From a virus (taxonomy: Duplodnaviria > Heunggongvirae > Uroviricota > Caudoviricetes), in the IMG/VR virus record IMGVR_UViG_2778261507_000009, positions 1 through 47,224 of that record: 47,224 nt of DNA; one strand, written 5' to 3'. The translations under genes were made by a program, and so were the position numbers. This document shows positions 40,798 through 47,224 of the stretch, piece after piece. The notes under the pieces were generated by a model. The model did not search any database. It saw nothing but the letters and a program-made list of their open reading frames with translations, and was not told the DNA's origin. Within the stretch, counting starts at the first letter, position 1. The number at the start of each line of letters is the position of its first letter.

Positions 40798-41955
40798 TCA
40801 CTCCACCTTTTCATCAAGCCAGTCCGCCCACCATTGCATCATTTCTCTGCGCTTATCGAGATACTGAGCATGGTTGTAAATCCCGCGCACAGAACCGCCG
40901 TTGGCATGTGCCAGCTGCACTTCAATAGCGTCAGCAGGCCATTCGTGCTCGTTCATAATCGTGCTGAATTCATGCCTGAATCCGTGACCGCTTTCCAGAC
41001 CTTCATAGCCGATTTGTTTGATCACAAGCAATACCGCGTTCTCGCAGATTGGCTTCTTCTTATCGTTGCGCCCGGCAAAAACAAACTCTGAGACTGGTTT
41101 GGTGATTGAGCTTAGCGTAGTGAGAAGTTCAACCACCTGGTCTGACATCGGGACCACATGAATTTTGCGTCCCTTCATCACACTGGCGTCGATGGTGATA
41201 ATCCTGTTTTCAAAATCGACGTTCTTCCATAGCATGGAACGAAGCTCTTTTGTTCTTAGGGCTGTGTAGCGTAAAACTTTGGTCGCAATGAGCGATACGA
41301 TACTTCCTGAAAATGTTGCCAGTGCTTTGTTGAATGCCGGGATCTGGTCTGCAGGAAGAAACGGGAAGTTCTTCTTGCGGTATCCCTTCATGGCGTCCGC
41401 AAGGTCAGGTGCCGGGTTGTATTTAGCCCTTCCGGTGACAATAGCGTAACGGAAAACTTCGCCGCATCTTCTGCGGGCTTTGTTGGCTCGCTCCATTGCA
41501 CCGCGATCTTCAAATCTGCGGATTACTTCCAGCAGTTGCATCGGCTCAATATCCTGAATTTCAAGGCTGCCGATGATAGGTAAAATGTCGTCATCAAACA
41601 TTTTTGCAAGTTCATTTGCATAGCCTACTGACCAGACTTGCTTCTTGTGCTCGTACCATTCCTTGTAAATGGCACTAAAGGAATTGTTGTTAGACGAAGC
41701 CTTTTTCGCTTTTACCGGATCGATACCAACCGAGATGTCTTTCCTCGCAGTCCATGCTTTATCCCTTGCCTCCTGCAAAGTCATAAGCGGATATTTTCCT
41801 ACGGTCAGTATTTTTTCCTTACCGTCAATCTTGTAGCGAAGCTGCCATACCTTTTTCCCGGATACAGGGACATAAAGGTACAGGCCATTACCATCGAGAA
41901 GGCGGTATGGTTTTTCTTTCGGCTTTGCTGCTTCAATCTGCTTAACGGTGAGCAT
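40798..41955 (-). CDS. intS: Tyrosine integrase (P4/IntS family)
   Basis: 385-aa ORF from MLTVKQIEAAKP, adjacent to argW; C-terminal catalytic HxxR...Y region; matches IntS as recalled. Confidence 0.85.
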   Translation of the reverse strand: MLTVKQIEAAKPKEKPYRLLDGNGLYLYVPVSGKKVWQLRYKIDGKEKILTVGKYPLMTLQEARDKAWTARKDISVGIDPVKAKKASSNNNSFSAIYKEWYEHKKQVWSVGYANELAKMFDDDILPIIGSLEIQDIEPMQLLEVIRRFEDRGAMERANKARRRCGEVFRYAIVTGRAKYNPAPDLADAMKGYRKKNFPFLPADQIPAFNKALATFSGSIVSLIATKVLRYTALRTKELRSMLWKNVDFENRIITIDASVMKGRKIHVVPMSDQVVELLTTLSSITKPVSEFVFAGRNDKKKPICENAVLLVIKQIGYEGLESGHGFRHEFSTIMNEHEWPADAIEVQLAHANGGSVRGIYNHAQYLDKRREMMQWWADWLDEKVE

Positions 41956-42116
41956 GGGTAAAAATCCGGTGGGTAAAATTATTTTATCCACTTTTTACCC
42001 GTCATGGAGTGCGGCTGTCAACGATCTGACGCGAACCATTACGAACTGTTAATCTACGGAAGGCTTGATATTCAGGGGATTTTGCGGACTGGTACGGATG
42101 GGAGCGAACTGATAAA

Positions 42117-42191
42117 TGGTGTCCCCTGCAGGAATCGAACCTGCAATTAGCCCTTAGGAGGGGCTCGTTATATCCATTTAACTAAGAGGAC
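42117..42191 (-). tRNA. argW: tRNA-Arg (anticodon CCU)
   Basis: 75-nt cloverleaf on minus strand, anticodon loop CUCCUAA, T-arm GGTTCGATTCC, 3' CCA; 3' 15 nt duplicated at 1690..1704. Confidence 0.9.
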
Positions 42192-42266
42192 AATGCGGCA
42201 TGAGTATACCCGCTAATGGACTGCGGGGTAAGTACGCTGCCGTGCGATTGCTTAAACCCTCGCCAT

Positions 42267-43199
42267 TTATGCCGGGTTTTTATCATTTTTCTTAATGTTT
42301 TCCGCACGTTCTGCTTTTTGGCGTGCTTCTGCTTTGCGCTTGTTGCTCATGTCGTTACGGATCTGTGCATGACTCATTAACGCGAAGATAAAGGTGCCGC
42401 CGCAGATGTTCCCCGCTAAAGTAGGTAGTGCGAAGGGCCAGATGAAATCGCTCCAGTGCAGCGTACCGTTAAACACCAGATAGAGGATTTCAACAGAACC
42501 GACAACGATGTGAGTGGTGTCACCCAGGGCAATAAGCCAGGTCATCAATATAATCACCACAATCTTTGCCGCACCCGCTGCAGGAAACATCCATACCATA
42601 GTGGCGATCAGCCAGCCGGAAATGATCGCGTTGGCAAACATCTCGCTGGGGGTGTTCTTCATCACATCCATGCCGATTTTGACAAATGCATCGCGAGTTT
42701 CTTCATTGAAAATAGGCATATATTCAAATGCCCACGCAGCAATACCTGTCCCGAGAATATTACCCAGCAGCACGACGCCCCATAACCGCATAAGTAAGCC
42801 AACGTTGCTCATTGTCGGTTTTTGCATGACGGGTAGTACCGCAGTCACGGTGTTTTCGGTAAATAATTGCTGGCGGGCCATAATGACGATAATAAAACCA
42901 AAGGTATAACCGAGATTCTCCAGCAAGAAGCTGCCCGGCACACCTTCCAGTTCGACATGAAATATCCCTTTTGCCAGTAATGAAGCGCCCATCGACAGAC
43001 CCGCCGCAATGGCTGACCACAGTAGTGCCATTGCGTCGCGTTCCAGCTCTTTTTCACCATCCTGGCGGATATGCTCATGAATTGCCATCGCCCGGGAGGG
43101 GAGTCGATCTTCATCTATTTCTATTTTTTTGCCACTCTCTTTTTCTTCGCTCTCAACTTCAATTTCGTCGCTGTGTTGATCAATTTTGTCGTTGTCCAT
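42267..43199 (-). CDS. yfdC: Inner membrane protein, formate/nitrite transporter family
   Basis: 310-aa multi-TM ORF; position next to argW as in E. coli. Confidence 0.75.
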   Translation of the reverse strand: MDNDKIDQHSDEIEVESEEKESGKKIEIDEDRLPSRAMAIHEHIRQDGEKELERDAMALLWSAIAAGLSMGASLLAKGIFHVELEGVPGSFLLENLGYTFGFIIVIMARQQLFTENTVTAVLPVMQKPTMSNVGLLMRLWGVVLLGNILGTGIAAWAFEYMPIFNEETRDAFVKIGMDVMKNTPSEMFANAIISGWLIATMVWMFPAAGAAKIVVIILMTWLIALGDTTHIVVGSVEILYLVFNGTLHWSDFIWPFALPTLAGNICGGTFIFALMSHAQIRNDMSNKRKAEARQKAERAENIKKNDKNPA

Positions 43200-43492
43200 G
43201 GTCTCTTCTCTTGAATTAGCACGTATAGCTAAAGCGTAGCGGCTTTTTCGCTCGCAACTGGCGGGAGTTACTCTGAAAATGTAGAAAAGGCCGCGTTTGC
43301 CTTTTTCTGTTTCTATAGAATCAAGTAGCCTACAGGGCGGCGATTACCAGGCTATGATCAAATCAGCAAATCAGGGCGTCTGGACATCAGTTGACGTGCT
43401 GTTACAATCGCCCACACCTAAACAGGCGGATACGGTATCGTTCCGTCATGGATGGCAAACTGCATAAGCCATAAAAAAACAGGGAGACATTT

Positions 43493-44248
43493 ATGAAGCT
43501 TCGCCTGTCGGCGCTTGCTCTGGGAACTACGCTTCTGGTGGGGTGTGCGAGTTCCGGTACAGATCAGCAAGGGCGTTCTGACCCGTTAGAAGGGTTCAAC
43601 CGCACCATGTACAACTTCAACTTCAATGTATTAGACCCGTATATTGTTCGACCGGTCGCTGTTGCCTGGCGTGATTATGTTCCACAACCGGCGCGTAACG
43701 GTTTGAGCAACTTTACCGGCAACCTTGAAGAACCTGCGGTGATGGTTAACTACTTCTTGCAGGGCGACCCTTATCAGGGGATGGTCCACTTTACCCGCTT
43801 TTTCCTGAACACCATTTTGGGGATGGGCGGCTTTATTGATGTTGCAGGGATGGCGAACCCGAAACTGCAACGGACTGAACCTCACCGCTTCGGTAGTACG
43901 CTTGGTCATTATGGCGTGGGTTATGGGCCTTACGTCCAGTTACCGTTCTACGGTAGCTTCACGCTGCGTGATGACGGTGGTGATATGGCGGATGGTCTTT
44001 ACCCGGTTCTTTCCTGGCTGACCTGGCCGATGTCTGTGGGTAAATGGACGCTTGAAGGGATAGAAACTCGTGCGCAGTTGTTGGATTCTGACGGTCTGCT
44101 GCGTCAGTCGTCCGATCCTTATATTATGGTGCGCGAAGCGTACTTCCAGCGTCATGATTTCATCGCTAATGGCGGCGAACTCAAACCGCAGGAAAATCCG
44201 AACGCGCAAGCGATTCAGGATGATTTAAAAGATATCGATTCTGAATAA
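43493..44248 (+). CDS. mlaA: Outer-membrane lipoprotein MlaA (VacJ)
   Basis: 251-aa ORF with lipobox LLVGC; matches MlaA as recalled. Confidence 0.8.
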   Translation: MKLRLSALALGTTLLVGCASSGTDQQGRSDPLEGFNRTMYNFNFNVLDPYIVRPVAVAWRDYVPQPARNGLSNFTGNLEEPAVMVNYFLQGDPYQGMVHFTRFFLNTILGMGGFIDVAGMANPKLQRTEPHRFGSTLGHYGVGYGPYVQLPFYGSFTLRDDGGDMADGLYPVLSWLTWPMSVGKWTLEGIETRAQLLDSDGLLRQSSDPYIMVREAYFQRHDFIANGGELKPQENPNAQAIQDDLKDIDSE

Positions 44249-44262
44249 GAAACAAATAAAAA

Positions 44263-44290
44263 AGGTGAGTCGCAATACTCACCTTTTTTG
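44263..44290 (+). terminator. Intrinsic terminator after mlaA
   Basis: 8-bp stem AGGTGAGT/ACTCACCT followed by TTTTTTG. Confidence 0.65.
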
Positions 44291-44640
44291 TTGTTATCCC
44301 TCAATTATCACAAGTAAAAGGAGATAAACCGACAATGACCCGGACGTAATTATGTAAAAATACTGATGTTCGTCACTGACTATTTCCGATATTCAGCTGT
44401 TGAAAAATCAAAAAACTGGAAAAATAATTTAAATATCATCAAAATTAACACCTAGCGCATATAGTTGATTAATTTCATTTTGATATTTCGTCTGGCGATC
44501 TTGAAGCCTTTTTCAATGTTACCTTCGAGTTCCTTAAAGTGCTTATATATTTTTTGAGAATGGTCAACGTTAACTTCGTTACCGAATAAAGTAGAAACTA
44601 TTTCTTTTGTATTCTCAAGTGTATATTTTCTATCATCCTC

Positions 44641-45672
44641 TTAATATTCATATCCTCTTGCTAGATTTGAAGGATTAAAAGCTTCGTTAAGTTCTCTCAG
44701 TCTTTCCCCTTTGAGTTCGTTTACAACTTGATGATCGGAACCTGTTGCAAATGATTCTGCAATGATTGCTTTACTGTGTTCAAACCACGCAGAAGCACTC
44801 CTGGCTTTTTTACTACAATATTGGGTGAGATTATCACCATCAATACGAAATCCTTTTTGAATGTGGTAGCCATCCTGATCGTAGTAACCGAGAGATAAGT
44901 AATCATTTCCATTTTTATTTTTAATTACAATAGCGAGAGAGTCGCCTTTTTTATCTTTACCGTACCAGGTAAATAAGCCCGTTGGTTCGCTTTTCCCGCT
45001 CTCATCGAATTCCGTTACCGTATGTCTGAGTTTATGTGATATTTTATCGAAGATAAAACTTGGATCTTCATCATATATTTCTTTTATTGCGCTGAAGATC
45101 ATTTTCTTGTTATTGATATCATGAGTATTCTCTACTATGTTTTCATTGATGATGGTTTGGCCGACTTTTTTGTTTTCATCGTTCGCGGGTGATTTTATTG
45201 GTTCTTGATTATCAATATCAATATCGTCTGTATCATTGGAGTCAATGCCAATATCACTACGATCATCAATACCACCATCAGTAAATTCAGCATTATTTAT
45301 ATCATCATGAGTCTTCTCAACTATGTTGTCATTAATGATAGTACGGGCGAGTTCTTTGTCTTTATAGCTCGCAAGTAATTTTATTGGTTCTTGGTTATCG
45401 ATACCAATAGTAATATAGTCTGAATCATTGGAACCAATATTAATATAAGTAACTGAGGAATTATTAATATTAAATCTATCAGGATTGTCGTTTACTCGTA
45501 TGGCGTTTTTTATAAGCTCAAGCAGATGTTTAATACAGGTGCTTATTCCTTCCTTACCATTAAAAAGGTTTTTGAACTCTTGTACTAATCCATTAACTTC
45601 ATCATTGTTATTTTCATTGATGGATTCTGGGTAAGCTGCACTGGTATTGTTGATTGAAATAGATGGTAGCAT
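44641..45672 (-). CDS. yfdF: Uncharacterized AT-rich protein YfdF-like with internal tandem duplication
   Basis: 343-aa Asn/Asp/Ile-rich ORF between mlaA and fadL; two copies of a roughly 35-aa segment. Confidence 0.65.
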   Translation of the reverse strand: MLPSISINNTSAAYPESINENNNDEVNGLVQEFKNLFNGKEGISTCIKHLLELIKNAIRVNDNPDRFNINNSSVTYINIGSNDSDYITIGIDNQEPIKLLASYKDKELARTIINDNIVEKTHDDINNAEFTDGGIDDRSDIGIDSNDTDDIDIDNQEPIKSPANDENKKVGQTIINENIVENTHDINNKKMIFSAIKEIYDEDPSFIFDKISHKLRHTVTEFDESGKSEPTGLFTWYGKDKKGDSLAIVIKNKNGNDYLSLGYYDQDGYHIQKGFRIDGDNLTQYCSKKARSASAWFEHSKAIIAESFATGSDHQVVNELKGERLRELNEAFNPSNLARGYEY

Positions 45673-45991
45673 GATTTTATTCCATTTTGATTGATTTGTT
45701 ACAAATATATATTACCTAATGAAATAGACTATCAAAAAACGCTCATTTATTTAGAGCCTATCTTTAATTTGAGTGTATGAGCGCACAATAGCCAGGGGGT
45801 TGAGTATCCTGGAAATTCAGAAAAGTAAACTCTTTGAGAAGGACGAGCAGAACGCCTGAAAATATGCGTTTCCCTTCAGGTTTGTCTGTGGATACCACTT
45901 ACTGATTTGAAAGGGCAAGCTGCCATCAGGCTGTTTGCAAAACTCAGGAGGCAAGCAATGAGGAAACTACTTTCGGTGAAGTGGGGGAGTT

Positions 45992-46018
45992 AAAGTCACC
46001 TGCATAGCAGGTGACTTT
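45992..46018 (-). terminator. Intrinsic terminator after fadL
   Basis: Perfect inverted repeat AAAGTCACCTGC/GCAGGTGACTTT immediately downstream of the fadL stop. Confidence 0.5.
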
Positions 46019-46036
46019 ATCCAGGCGAACGCGTTA

Positions 46037-47224
46037 TCAGAACGCGTAGTTAAAGTTAGTACCGAACAGCCAGGCTTTACCTTCAGATTTAAAGGTATAT
46101 GCTGCTGGCCCTTCACCTTCAGTAAACTTCACATTCTGACCGTGCATATAAGATGCACCAACGTCAATGGATGCATCTTCATTAAATGCATAAGTCGCAC
46201 CTGCACTTAACCACAGACGATCCTGATCTGGGATAGAGATAGAACGTTTATCTGCCGGAACCGGGCTGTCATCGAATGCAATACCCGTACGGAAGGTCCA
46301 GTTTTTATCGTGGTAGTAGGTTGTACCTAACGCGATACGGTAAGCATCCCGGAAACCTTCGTCTTTATAGAACAGCGTTTGACCAGAGTCTCCTTTCGCT
46401 TTCAGTTCCTGGAATTGACTCCAACTGGTATACGCCAGACTATAGTGGATAGCCCATTGTGGTGCGACACGGTTATAGCCAGAAATTTCCCACATCTCAG
46501 GTAAATTCAGCGTTAAGGACCCATTTTGGGTTGCACCCATTGTGCCATATGGTAAACCCATGCTACCCAAAATGTTGTTCAGATTTGGGTTGATGGAGCT
46601 TTTGTAATCTCCTTCAAAGTCAATTTTCACTTCTGAACGATAGGTTAGGCCCCAACGGTTATCTTTATCCAGTTCATAAAGAATACCGGCGTTCCAGCCG
46701 AATCCCCATTCATCACCCTTGAGATGAGCAATTTGCGAATCCGGTGTATTGATGCCGTTTGTCCAACTTTGTGGCACGCCTTGCGCTATCAGTTGTTGGG
46801 AAAGCAATGGACCGAGTGAACCGGCAGTACGCTCAATTTTTGCCTTAGCGTATACAGCATCAAAACCAAGACCAAAACTCCAGCTATTGTTAAGGCGGTA
46901 GGCTCCGCTAAGGTTAAGGTTGATCGTCTGCAGATCGGTTTTACCGCCATAGATTCCAGCAGCGTAGTTATCATTAAATTCCGTGGCCAGACCATAGTTC
47001 GAGGTAATAGAAGCCCCCCAACCAAACTGATCGTTAATAGGTGCTACGAAATGTAGGTTAGGCACCCACGCAGTTGGTGCAATATTATCTGCATCAGCAC
47101 GCTGGCCCGTTAAATCGGAACGCCCAGAAATATCTACATCCGGATCAATATAAACCGCACCCGCAGAAAATGTCGGGCGGTCAAACATGGTAATCAATGC
47201 GGGGTTACGGCTGACGTTACCTGC
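46037..47224 (-). CDS. fadL: Long-chain fatty acid outer-membrane transporter FadL (3' portion; N-terminus lies beyond window end)
   Basis: Minus-strand frame runs open to the window edge; C-terminus GTNFNYAF and beta-barrel pattern match FadL. Confidence 0.85.
   Translation of the reverse strand, partial: AGNVSRNPALITMFDRPTFSAGAVYIDPDVDISGRSDLTGQRADADNIAPTAWVPNLHFVAPINDQFGWGASITSNYGLATEFNDNYAAGIYGGKTDLQTINLNLSGAYRLNNSWSFGLGFDAVYAKAKIERTAGSLGPLLSQQLIAQGVPQSWTNGINTPDSQIAHLKGDEWGFGWNAGILYELDKDNRWGLTYRSEVKIDFEGDYKSSINPNLNNILGSMGLPYGTMGATQNGSLTLNLPEMWEISGYNRVAPQWAIHYSLAYTSWSQFQELKAKGDSGQTLFYKDEGFRDAYRIALGTTYYHDKNWTFRTGIAFDDSPVPADKRSISIPDQDRLWLSAGATYAFNEDASIDVGASYMHGQNVKFTEGEGPAAYTFKSEGKAWLFGTNFNYAF

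Overview
This window is an E. coli-type chromosomal segment carrying a roughly 40.4-kb, apparently intact P22/Sf6/HK620-like lambdoid prophage inserted at the 3' end of tRNA-Arg(CCU) argW. Host flanks are the sucrose permease cscB on the left (1..1248) and argW, yfdC, mlaA, yfdF and the 3' part of fadL on the right (42117..47224). The prophage is bounded by a 15-bp direct repeat (1690..1704 and 42117..42131), with a torI-type excisionase at the left end and an intS-type integrase next to the tRNA at the right end. Gene order left to right: xis, early accessory (ea) genes, abc2, ssb-like, erf, kil, cIII, a coiled-coil protein, a PAPS-reductase-like moron, N, nutL, pL/OL, an unknown gene in the rexAB slot, lambda-type cI, OR, cro, nutR, cII, a non-lambda replication module (HTH initiator plus primase-helicase), the nin region (ninB, dam-like methyltransferase, ninE, ninF, rha-type antirepressor, rusA, ninH), Q-like, late leader, lambda-type lysis genes (S, R, Rz/Rz1), P22-type terminase, portal, scaffold, coat, gp4, gp10, tail needle, gp14, ejection proteins, a lipoprotein moron, an orphan mnt, tailspike, an O-antigen-type acyltransferase and int. 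The two strongest leads are (1) an unrecognised 290-aa gene co-transcribed with cI where lambda carries rexAB, and (2) a complete hammerhead-ribozyme core with three stems in the late-operon leader between Q and the holin. Lesser leads are a PAPS-reductase-like PP-loop gene cluster, an acidic small protein and a coiled-coil repeat protein in the pL operon, an orphan Mnt repressor plus lipoprotein moron beside the tailspike, and parallel substitutions in OL1 and OR1. All identifications rest on reading the sequence and recalled homology; no database search was run, and start codons and regulatory-site coordinates are approximate.
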